Shown one piece after another: positions 15,052 to 23,321 of a DNA stretch of 29,132 nucleotides. The notes under the pieces are model-generated. The model made no database searches and had not been told where the DNA came from. It worked only from the letters and a program-made list of their open reading frames with translations. The stretch is from the IMG/VR virus record IMGVR_UViG_3300037047_000010, positions 1 through 29,132 of that record; one strand, 5' to 3'. Every line of letters starts with the position of its first letter. The first letter of the stretch is position 1. Made by a program: the position numbers and the translations under genes. Origin of the DNA: a virus (taxonomy: Duplodnaviria; Caudoviricetes).

Positions 15052-15543
15052 ATGGCATTCACGCTGGATCTCGCCAAGTTCGTCGAGAAGGCCCAGGGCA
15101 ACGTCGAGGAGGTCGTCCGCAAGTCCGGGGCCGACATGCTCGCCAAGCTGATCGACCGATCACCCGTCGGCAACCCGGATATCTGGCTGAGCCTGAACCC
15201 GAGCACAAATCTCGCGACAGGCAAGACCGAGATACAAGGCAAGGCGCCGGAGGGCTACGTCGGGGGGCGCTTTCGCGGCAACTGGCAAGTCACCTTCGGC
15301 GCCCCGGCGCGGCAGATGATCGAGCGGGTTGATGCGGCAGGCGACTCCACGCTGGCGGCAGGCAAGGCTGTGCTGGCCCTGTACGAGGCTGGCATCAACT
15401 CGATTTGGCTGGCGAACACAGTTCCGTACGCATACGACCTTGAAATGGGCCACTCCTCGCAGGCGCCCCAAGGCGTTGCCGGCGTCACGGCGACCGAGTT
15501 TCAAACCTACGTCAACCAGGCCGTGCGGGAGCTGGATACATGA
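15052..15543 (+). CDS. HK97 gp10-like neck/tail completion protein
   Basis: RSPVG..GYVGGRFRGNWQV..NTVPYA..LE.GHSSQAP.G motif. Confidence 0.8.
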   Translation: MAFTLDLAKFVEKAQGNVEEVVRKSGADMLAKLIDRSPVGNPDIWLSLNPSTNLATGKTEIQGKAPEGYVGGRFRGNWQVTFGAPARQMIERVDAAGDSTLAAGKAVLALYEAGINSIWLANTVPYAYDLEMGHSSQAPQGVAGVTATEFQTYVNQAVRELDT

Positions 15544-15944
15544 GCAACAAGCTGATTCGCAGCCTTCTTGAGCAGCGCCTGGCCACATGGGCAGCCGCAA
15601 GGCCGGTCCCGGTCGCATGGGATAACGTCAAGTTTACGCCGCCAGCAGGCGCCTACCTGCGCGCCTCGCTGCTGCCGGCCGACACGACCAGCATCGACCT
15701 GGCTGGCGAGCATCGCGGCTACCTCGGGCTGTTTCAGGTCTCCGTCTATGTGCCGCTCGGCACCGGGGCGGGAGCTGCCGAGGCGCTGGCCGACGAGATC
15801 GCGGCGCTATTCCCGATGATGCTCAGGCTTCAGTCAGGCGCGTTCTGGCTGCAAGTCACGGCGCCCGCGAGCCAGTACCCCGGCATTCCTGGCGACACGC
15901 ACTACATGCTGCCGGTCAGGTTGCGATACCGCGCTGACCAGTAG
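15540..15944 (+). CDS. Tail terminator (DUF4128-like)
   Basis: VAWDNVKF.PP..YLR..LLPA..GLFQVSV.VP.G.G; synteny. Confidence 0.8.
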   Translation: MSNKLIRSLLEQRLATWAAARPVPVAWDNVKFTPPAGAYLRASLLPADTTSIDLAGEHRGYLGLFQVSVYVPLGTGAGAAEALADEIAALFPMMLRLQSGAFWLQVTAPASQYPGIPGDTHYMLPVRLRYRADQ

Positions 15945-15962
15945 CCACAACCCCAAATCAAG

Positions 15963-15987
15963 AACCCGCTTCGGCGGGTTTTTTATT
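15963..15987 (+). terminator. Intrinsic terminator
   Basis: AACCCGC-TTCG-GCGGGTTTTTTATT. Confidence 0.85.
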
Positions 15988-16033
15988 GCCCGAACGGGCG
16001 TCAACTGCCGCTAAGTTCGGCAAGGAGTCTCCT

Positions 16034-16681
16034 TTGGCTTTCGCCATCCCCGACGGTACTACCGTCCACCTCGGCACCACCTTCGGCTCCACTGTAGCCA
16101 TTACCGGCATCAGTAACGCCGCCACCGCAGTTGCCACCGCCTCGGCTCACGGCTTCGCCAATGGCGACATCGTGGTCATCAAGTCCGGCTGGCAGCGCAT
16201 CAACGAGCGCGTCTTTCGCGTAGCGGCTGCGACCGCTGGAACTTTCGAGCTGGAAGGCTTGGATACCAGCGACACCAGCGCATTCCCGACTGGCACTTCG
16301 TCCGGCTCAGCACAGAAGGTCACCGCCTTTACCCAGGTCAGCCAGATCATTGGCATCAGCACGTCGGGCGGTGAGCAGCAGTTCGCGACCGTTTCGCCGC
16401 TGGAATCGGACTTCGAGATTCAGATTCCGACCATGTACAGCGCGCAGACCATTTCGATGGAGATCGGCGACGATCCGTCCTTGGCTGGCTATGTCGCGCT
16501 GAAGAAGGCGGCAGACGCTCGCGCCATTCGGCCGCTGCTGATGCTCAACAAGAACGGCTCGAAGATCTACTACTACGGCTATGTGAGCCTCAACGAGACG
16601 CCGACGAAGAACAAGGGCCAGGTTGATACCGTCAACTCGACCTTCTCGCTGCTGTCGCGTCCGACCCGCTACACCGCCTAA
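16034..16681 (+). CDS. Major tail tube protein (Phage_tail_3-like)
   Basis: TTG start after AAGGAG; IPDG..SGW..GGEQQF..QIPT..YGYVS.NETP motifs. Confidence 0.85.
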   Translation: MAFAIPDGTTVHLGTTFGSTVAITGISNAATAVATASAHGFANGDIVVIKSGWQRINERVFRVAAATAGTFELEGLDTSDTSAFPTGTSSGSAQKVTAFTQVSQIIGISTSGGEQQFATVSPLESDFEIQIPTMYSAQTISMEIGDDPSLAGYVALKKAADARAIRPLLMLNKNGSKIYYYGYVSLNETPTKNKGQVDTVNSTFSLLSRPTRYTA

Positions 16682-16711
16682 CCGCTCAGCCACCTAGCAG
16701 ACCTTCTGCAA

Positions 16712-16746
16712 AGGGCGCCGGAGACGGTCTGGCGCCCTCTTTTTTT
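16712..16746 (+). terminator. Intrinsic terminator
   Basis: AGGGCGCC..GGCGCCCT plus T7 tract. Confidence 0.8.
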
Positions 16747-16770
16747 GAATCCCGATAGAGGAAACACATC

Positions 16771-17082
16771 ATGGCTAAATTCAAACTTGCTGTAGCCCCG
16801 ACCTTCAAAGCCAAAGTGGCGATCCCGGTTCACGGCGGCGACAGCGTAGAGCTGCAATTCGAGTTCAAGCACCGCACCCGCGACCAGCTGAGCGAGATGA
16901 TGAAGGGCATCGAGAAGCGCAAGGACGCCGATCTGGTCGAAGACGTGCTCGCCGGCTGGGAGCTGGACGATCCGTTCTCGAAAGAGTCGATTGAGCTGCT
17001 CTGCCAGAACTTCGCAGGCGCCCCGCGCGAGATCATCGGCGCCTACATCACCGAAATCACCCAGGCCAAGCGGGGAAACTGA
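16771..17082 (+). CDS. Tail assembly chaperone (gpG-like)
   Basis: PTFKAKV.IP, GWEL.DPF; ends in slippery G GGA AAC TGA. Confidence 0.85.
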   Translation: MAKFKLAVAPTFKAKVAIPVHGGDSVELQFEFKHRTRDQLSEMMKGIEKRKDADLVEDVLAGWELDDPFSKESIELLCQNFAGAPREIIGAYITEITQAKRGN

Positions 17083-17387
17083 TCGCGGCGGCTCGGGCGC
17101 TCTACCAGGGCTCAGCCTCCGATGACGAGATGGAGGCGTTCGGCTTTTCGCCGGACGACTTCGAGATCGAAATCGAGGTCTGGCCCGACAACTGGAACGC
17201 CTTCGAGGTATTCGCCGCGCTCCAGACGCAGTGGCGCTCCGGCATGTCCGGGCCGACCGGACTCGATTACACCGCCCTGGAGCCCGTCATGCGCCTGCAG
17301 GGCATCAAAAAGCGCGACCGGCAGGACGTTTTTGCCGGCGTGCGTGTGATGGAGGTCGCGGCGCTGGAGGTGATGCGGGCGAAGTAG
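17073..17387 (+). CDS. Tail assembly chaperone -1 frameshift extension (gpT-like, DUF1799)
   Basis: The -1 frame is open from the GGGAAAC heptamer (17073-17079) through VWPDNW..TQWR..GLDY..ME..AL. Confidence 0.8.
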   Translation, partial: GKLIAAARALYQGSASDDEMEAFGFSPDDFEIEIEVWPDNWNAFEVFAALQTQWRSGMSGPTGLDYTALEPVMRLQGIKKRDRQDVFAGVRVMEVAALEVMRAK

Positions 17388-17433
17388 GGTGGCGATTTGC
17401 TACAGTCGGGCTTTCCATTGGGGGGAGCTTGAA

Positions 17434-17796
17434 ATGAAGATCGTCGGCGGCTCGTTTGGCCTCAAAGGCAGCGCATTCCTGAACAACAATCAGCTGGTCG
17501 TGGAGGGTTCGCGCAAGGCGTATTTCGAGGCCGCGCAGGTCGTCTCCCTGCAGACGAAGGTAGACGCATCTCGCAAGTTCGGCCTGTTTGGCGCCTTCAT
17601 CGGCGTGATCGTGCTGGGCTTTCTTGGCCTGTTCCTGCTCGGCCCGTTTGGCGCAATCGCCGGGGTCGTGGTCGCAATCGGCGGCTCGTTCTACACGCAG
17701 AAGCGCAACCTTGCGGAGCTGGCCTTTGCGGACGGCTCCACGCTGACGCTTGAATGCACGCCTCGCGCTATCGACAAGCTGGTCAGGTTCCGCTGA
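17434..17796 (+). CDS. Moron membrane protein
   Basis: Extended -10 TGcTACAGT (17398-17406), GGAG RBS, two adjacent hydrophobic helices, own terminator. Confidence 0.75.
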   Translation: MKIVGGSFGLKGSAFLNNNQLVVEGSRKAYFEAAQVVSLQTKVDASRKFGLFGAFIGVIVLGFLGLFLLGPFGAIAGVVVAIGGSFYTQKRNLAELAFADGSTLTLECTPRAIDKLVRFR

Positions 17797-17839
17797 CCGA
17801 GAGTTAACACCGCGCCAACCAGCGCAACCCAACACCAAG

Positions 17840-17863
17840 AGCCCGCCACTGTGCGGGCTTTTT
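17840..17863 (+). terminator. Intrinsic terminator
   Basis: AGCCCGC-CACTGT-GCGGGCTTTTT. Confidence 0.8.
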
Positions 17864-17880
17864 CATGCCCGGAGAAAACC

Positions 17881-20800
17881 ATGGTAGACATCGCCAGCCT
17901 AGCGATTCAGATCGACACCAGCGATGTCGCCCGCGCCGAAAGCGATCTCGCCAAGCTCAATGGGGCTGGCACTAAGGCCGAGAAAGCCGCAAAAGGCGTG
18001 GAGGGCGCCTTCACTGGCGCAGCGAAAGCGGCCGGCATCTATCGGGATGCTGCAGGCCGGCTGCGCGAGTCGAACGGCAAGCTTGTAACCGAGTCGCGCA
18101 AGGTCGAATTGGGCCTCAAGGGCGTCGGCGACCAGGCCAAGAGGGCTGCTTCCGAGTTCAATGGCCTGTCCAATGTCGCCGGCAAGGTCGGCGCGTCCAT
18201 CGTTGCCGCGCTCAGCGTGCGCGAGGTCTACCAGGCGACCGAAGCCTATACCACGATCTCCAACCGCCTGAAGCTTGTCACCAATAGCGCGGGCGAGTTT
18301 GCCGCAGCGCAGGCGGCCGTGTTCCGCGTGGCGCAGGAGGGTCGCCAGCCGCTCACCGAGACGGCAGAACTCTATCAGCGCATCGCCACCAACCAGAAAG
18401 AGCTTGGCCTTACCGGCGCAGGCGTGGCGCGCGTCACCGAGACGATCAGCAAGTCGCTCGCTGTCTCCGGCGCCTCTGCCTCGACCGCAGCCGGCGCACT
18501 GACTCAGCTTGGCCAGGCATTCGCCTCTGGCACGCTGCGCGGCGAAGAACTGAACTCAGTCCTCGAAGGCGCCCCGGCGCTGGCTCAGACGCTCGCGCGC
18601 GGCTTGAACGTGACCGTGGGCGAGCTGCGCAACCTTGGGGCCGAAGGCAAGCTGACAGCGGAGCAGGTTGTTGGCGCCCTGCTGAGCCAGTCCGAGGCGA
18701 TGGACGAGGCGTTCGGCAAGCTGGCCCCGAACATTTCCGGCGCCATGACTACCGTGGGCAACGCCTTCACGCAGCTCATCGGCAAGATGGATGAGACTAG
18801 CGGGGCGTCGTCCGACACTGCTGCGGCCATCATGGATGTGGCGGACATTCTCGCCGATCCCGCGACCGTCGAAGCCGCGCAGATCATGGGCACTGGCGTG
18901 GCCAAGGGGATCGGCTTCATTGCCGAGGCTGCGACCACGACAGTAGGCGTCGTCAAGTGGATGGCCGAAGAGCTGGCCGCCACCTTTAACGGCATCGCGT
19001 CCGATGACCGGGTGCGGCTGGAAGATGAACTGGCCCGCCTGCAAGAGATGCGCGAGAGCGGGCCGGCTAATCGACTGGTGTTCTTCGGCCGTGACGGCGT
19101 GGTCAGCTACAAGGGCGACGCGGAGATCGACGCCGAGATCGTCAAGATCCAGCAGGCGCTCAAGGCTTACGACGAGCTAGGCGCAGCAGCGGGGCGCACA
19201 GGTGAAGCTGCGGCGTCCAGCGCCCCCAAGATCGAAGCATTCCGCACCGGCACAGGGCGCCTTGGCGGGACCTCTGACGACGCGAGCGGCAAGCTCGACA
19301 AGCAGGCTGTGGCATTCCAGTCCCTCATGGACGGCCTGTTCCCGGCCGAAGCTGCCCAGCGCAAGTACAACGAGCAGGTCGCACTACTCGACAAGTACCT
19401 CGACGGCGATCAGCTCGCCAAGGCTGTCCAGCGGCTCAACGAATCCTTGTACGCAGGCGATGCCACCGGCCCGGTCGATGCAATCGAGGACTACCGCAAG
19501 GAGCTTGAGCGCCTAAAAGACGACCTCGACCCGGTAGGCGTAGCGACCCGCAAGTACACGAAGGACCAGGACAAGCTGAACGAAATGCTCAGCCGGGGCA
19601 TGATCTCTGCCGGCGAGCACGGCGAGATGATGGCCGAGCTGGGCAAGCGCTACAAAGAGAACACCAAGCAGACGAACCAATGGGCCGAATGGACCGAATC
19701 CGCCCTGGAGCGCGTAGACGGCGCCTTTGCGGACGCCTGGCGCAACATCGGCGACGGGTTCAAGTCGTTCGCTGACTCGCTGAAAAACGCCTTCCGCCAG
19801 ATGCTCGCCGAACTCGCCCACATGGCGATCACCCGGCCAATCGTGATGCAGATCGGCGCGGCGCTGGGCATTGGCGGGGGCGCCGGGCAGGCTGTGAGCA
19901 TGATGGGCGGCACGACTGGCTCGGGCGGCCTGGATGCGTTCGGCCTACTGAAGAACGGCTACAGCCTCGCTAACTCCGGCTTCGGCCAGGCGATCGCGAG
20001 CGGCTGGAATTCGGGGCAAGGCTTGCTCGGCGGATTGCAGGGCGCAGCAAGCTCGGGCTGGCAGTACGGATCAAGCGCGCTTGGCTCCATGTTCGGCGGC
20101 GGCGCGACCGGCGGCGGGGCGGCGATTGCTGACTACACCGGCGCCCAGTTCGGCAATTGGGTCGGCGCGCAGAACGCGGCGGCAACCACTTGGGGTGGCG
20201 CAGCGACGGGCCTCGGCTCGATTGCGGGCGGCCTGTCTGGCGCCTACATGGGCTACCAGCGTAGCGGCGTGAAAGGCGCGGTCGCGGGCGGCCTCGGCGG
20301 CTGGGGTGGCGGCACGCTCGGCGCGATGGCGGGCGCGGCTGCTGCTTCGGCGCTCTCCGGCACGGCGATGGGTGCTGCCCTGGGCTCTGTGCTGCCAGGC
20401 ATCGGGACCGTAATCGGTGCGGCGCTGGGCGCGGCGTTCGGGTCCAAGCTGTTCGGCGGCGACTGGCAAACCAAAGACACCGGCCTTGCCTTCGGCGTCG
20501 AGGGCGGCGATTTCACCGGCCAGCAGTACGAGTACCAGAAGAAGAAAGGCGGCCTGTTCGGCTCCAACAAAAAGCGCACCCGCTACTCCGCGCTAGACCC
20601 CGAGTTCGAGTCTTCGCTTCGTGACACCTACGATGCCACGCAAGCCGGCGTGGCCGAGCTGTTCGAGTCGCTGAGCTACAGCATTGACGACGGCGTGTTC
20701 GACGGCCTGCAACTGGCTAAGACGCAGATCAGCACAAAAGGCAAAACCGAGGAAGAAATCCAGCAGGCCATTGCTGACTGGTTCGGCACCGCTGCCGAGG

Positions 20801-22425
20801 CCATGAACACCGAGCTGAACAAGGTCTTCGCCACCGGCCTCGACCTCGATCTAGCCGGCATGCAAGCCTTCGTCGGCAACCTCAAGGGCGTCAACGAGGT
20901 TATCCGCTACCTCAATGTCGGCATGTACGACGCATCGGTCGCAGGCGGCAAGCTGGCACAGGATCTGTCCGCCGTCGCGGGAGGGCTGGAAGCGCTGGCG
21001 ACCGGCACGCAGACCTACTACTCCGCGTTCTTCTCGGAGACCGAGCGCGCAGCCGACACCCTGGATTCCGTGCGCCGCACCTTCGCCGATGCGGAGATTC
21101 CGCTGGCGAACTCGCGCGCCGCATTCCGGGCGATGGTCGAGGATATCGACATCACGACCGAAGCCGGGCGCGTGATGTTCGCCACGATGATGGGGCTGGC
21201 CGGGCAGGCTGCGGCCTACTACAGCATCGTTGAGCAGCAGCTACTCGGCGCGGCAAGCAATGCGTTCTCCGCCGTTCAGCGCTCCGTCGCAGCGCAGCAA
21301 AAGCAGATCCAGCAGGCGTACAGCGCGCGGGTTTCGTCGCTGAACGATATGGCCGCCACGGCATCCGCCAGCGTCTCGGCGCTTGCGGGCGTCAGCAACT
21401 CGCTCGAAGCGGCCATCAAGCGACTGCGCGGCACGTCTGACGATGCCGTGCGGATGCTGCGCGCACAAGCCACGGCCACACTGCAAAACGCCCTGACAGT
21501 CTCCCGCGCCGGGCAATCGCTCGCGGGCTTCACCGGCCTGCAAGACGCGCTCGACGTAGCGTCGGAAATGGACACGGCGCTGTACGGCTCGCTCGAAGAC
21601 TTCCAGCGCGAGCAGGGGCGCACCGCAAACCTGATTGCCGAACTGGAGAAGGTCAACGGCAAGCAGCTCAGCACCGAACAGCGCCTGCTGGAGAGTGTGC
21701 AGAACCAACTCGGCCTGGCTCAGCAGCAATACGACGCCGACATGGCTGGGCTCGACGCGCAACTGAGCTACGCACAAGCGCAGCTCGACGCACTGAACGG
21801 CATCGACAACTCCGTGATGGGCGTCACCGCTGCCGTGGCCGCCATGAATGCCGCCGTGGTCGCGGCGCTCGGCGGGCTTCCGAAGGGCGCGGCGCAGGCC
21901 AACACCCCGCAAAACAACCGCTCGATCATCGACACGATCTACCAATCGGTGCTCGGTCGCGGGACTAAGGGTGACGAGGCGGGCGCGGCGTTCTGGGCCA
22001 ATGCGCTACAGACCGGAACGGCGAGCTATCAGGACATCGCGGCATCCATCGCCAAGGGCGCGCTGGGCAATAGCGCGGAATCTGCGGCGACCAAGAAGTC
22101 GGCAGAGCAGTACCTGAAGGGCCTCGGCATTCCAGGGTTCGCCTCGGGCGGCACGTTCGGCGGCGGCCTGCGCCTGGTCGGCGAGAACGGCCCGGAGCTG
22201 GAGGTAACAGGCCCGAGCCGCATCTACAGCGCCGGCCAGACGGCAGCAATGCTCAGTGGCGGCGGCGGGGAAGTCGTTGCAGAGCTGCGCGTGCTGCGGA
22301 CTCGGCTCGATACCATCGAGGCCAACACCCGCGCCAACGCTCAGCACGCCAGCAAATCGACGCGGATTCTTGAGCGCGTCACGCAAGGCGGCGAAGCCAT
22401 GCAGACCATAGGGGCGACAGCATGA
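17881..22425 (+). CDS. Tape measure protein
   Basis: ~1514 aa, Ala/Gly-rich, QLGQAFASGTLRGEELNSVLE tape-measure motif, C-terminal GFASGG..LVGENGPELE; GGAG RBS before ATG 17881. Confidence 0.92.
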   Translation: MVDIASLAIQIDTSDVARAESDLAKLNGAGTKAEKAAKGVEGAFTGAAKAAGIYRDAAGRLRESNGKLVTESRKVELGLKGVGDQAKRAASEFNGLSNVAGKVGASIVAALSVREVYQATEAYTTISNRLKLVTNSAGEFAAAQAAVFRVAQEGRQPLTETAELYQRIATNQKELGLTGAGVARVTETISKSLAVSGASASTAAGALTQLGQAFASGTLRGEELNSVLEGAPALAQTLARGLNVTVGELRNLGAEGKLTAEQVVGALLSQSEAMDEAFGKLAPNISGAMTTVGNAFTQLIGKMDETSGASSDTAAAIMDVADILADPATVEAAQIMGTGVAKGIGFIAEAATTTVGVVKWMAEELAATFNGIASDDRVRLEDELARLQEMRESGPANRLVFFGRDGVVSYKGDAEIDAEIVKIQQALKAYDELGAAAGRTGEAAASSAPKIEAFRTGTGRLGGTSDDASGKLDKQAVAFQSLMDGLFPAEAAQRKYNEQVALLDKYLDGDQLAKAVQRLNESLYAGDATGPVDAIEDYRKELERLKDDLDPVGVATRKYTKDQDKLNEMLSRGMISAGEHGEMMAELGKRYKENTKQTNQWAEWTESALERVDGAFADAWRNIGDGFKSFADSLKNAFRQMLAELAHMAITRPIVMQIGAALGIGGGAGQAVSMMGGTTGSGGLDAFGLLKNGYSLANSGFGQAIASGWNSGQGLLGGLQGAASSGWQYGSSALGSMFGGGATGGGAAIADYTGAQFGNWVGAQNAAATTWGGAATGLGSIAGGLSGAYMGYQRSGVKGAVAGGLGGWGGGTLGAMAGAAAASALSGTAMGAALGSVLPGIGTVIGAALGAAFGSKLFGGDWQTKDTGLAFGVEGGDFTGQQYEYQKKKGGLFGSNKKRTRYSALDPEFESSLRDTYDATQAGVAELFESLSYSIDDGVFDGLQLAKTQISTKGKTEEEIQQAIADWFGTAAEAMNTELNKVFATGLDLDLAGMQAFVGNLKGVNEVIRYLNVGMYDASVAGGKLAQDLSAVAGGLEALATGTQTYYSAFFSETERAADTLDSVRRTFADAEIPLANSRAAFRAMVEDIDITTEAGRVMFATMMGLAGQAAAYYSIVEQQLLGAASNAFSAVQRSVAAQQKQIQQAYSARVSSLNDMAATASASVSALAGVSNSLEAAIKRLRGTSDDAVRMLRAQATATLQNALTVSRAGQSLAGFTGLQDALDVASEMDTALYGSLEDFQREQGRTANLIAELEKVNGKQLSTEQRLLESVQNQLGLAQQQYDADMAGLDAQLSYAQAQLDALNGIDNSVMGVTAAVAAMNAAVVAALGGLPKGAAQANTPQNNRSIIDTIYQSVLGRGTKGDEAGAAFWANALQTGTASYQDIAASIAKGALGNSAESAATKKSAEQYLKGLGIPGFASGGTFGGGLRLVGENGPELEVTGPSRIYSAGQTAAMLSGGGGEVVAELRVLRTRLDTIEANTRANAQHASKSTRILERVTQGGEAMQTIGATA

Positions 22426-23321
22426 AGGTACTAAAGCCGCACGCCATCACTGACGCCGTGCTGCTCAGCAGTACGGTGCCGGAGAATGACCACCCGGCAT
22501 GGGTGTCGGGAGCGACGTACGCCCTCGGCGCTCGCGTCATCCGCACGACCACGCACTGCATCTACGAGCGGCTAGTCGCAGGGGCCGGCACGACTGCCCC
22601 CGAAAATGACTCAACCACCTGGCTCAACGTCGGCCCTACAAACCGCTGGGCCGCGTTCGACGAGAAGGTCGGCACCGTCACCTCTGGCGCCTCGCCGATG
22701 ACTTTCGTGCTGCGTACCGGCAGCACCGACAGTCTGGCGCTGTTCGAGTTGCGCGGGCGGCTGGCACAGATCGAGATGCGCGACGCAACGGGCGGGCAGA
22801 TCGTCTACAGCCGCACGGTCGACCTTGACGGGACGGGCATCGAGTCGTTCTACGAATGGTTTTTCAACGACTTCGAGCAGCGGTCGGACGTAGTGCTGAC
22901 TGATCTGCCGAGCCAGTACACCAGCGCCGAGCTGACCGTGACGCTGACGACCACCAGCGGCAATCCTGCCGTGGGGGTTTTCAAACCTGGGCTCGCGGCA
23001 CAGATCGGCGAAACGCAGTACGGCGCGACCGTGGGCATTAGCGACTACTCGCGCAAAGAGCGCGACCCGTTCGGCAACGTCATCGTCGTGGAGCGCGCCT
23101 ACAGCAAGCGTGCCAACTTCGATCTAGTCACATCTCGGGCCAGCTTCAACCGCATCTATCGCACGCTCGCGGCGCTGCGGGCCACGCCCTGCGTCTACAT
23201 CGGCACCGAAGAGCCCGGCTATGAGCCGCTGCTTATCTACGGGTTCTTCAAGGATTTCTCGATAGACGTGCAATACCCCGAACACCACCTCTGCACACTT
23301 GAAATCGAGGGGCTTATCTAA
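22422..23321 (+). CDS. Tail tip protein with N-terminal carbohydrate-binding-like motif
   Basis: W.SGATY..G.RV, GPTNRWAAFD, DYSRKERD.FG; ATGA-coupled to the TMP. Confidence 0.7.
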   Translation: MKVLKPHAITDAVLLSSTVPENDHPAWVSGATYALGARVIRTTTHCIYERLVAGAGTTAPENDSTTWLNVGPTNRWAAFDEKVGTVTSGASPMTFVLRTGSTDSLALFELRGRLAQIEMRDATGGQIVYSRTVDLDGTGIESFYEWFFNDFEQRSDVVLTDLPSQYTSAELTVTLTTTSGNPAVGVFKPGLAAQIGETQYGATVGISDYSRKERDPFGNVIVVERAYSKRANFDLVTSRASFNRIYRTLAALRATPCVYIGTEEPGYEPLLIYGFFKDFSIDVQYPEHHLCTLEIEGLI

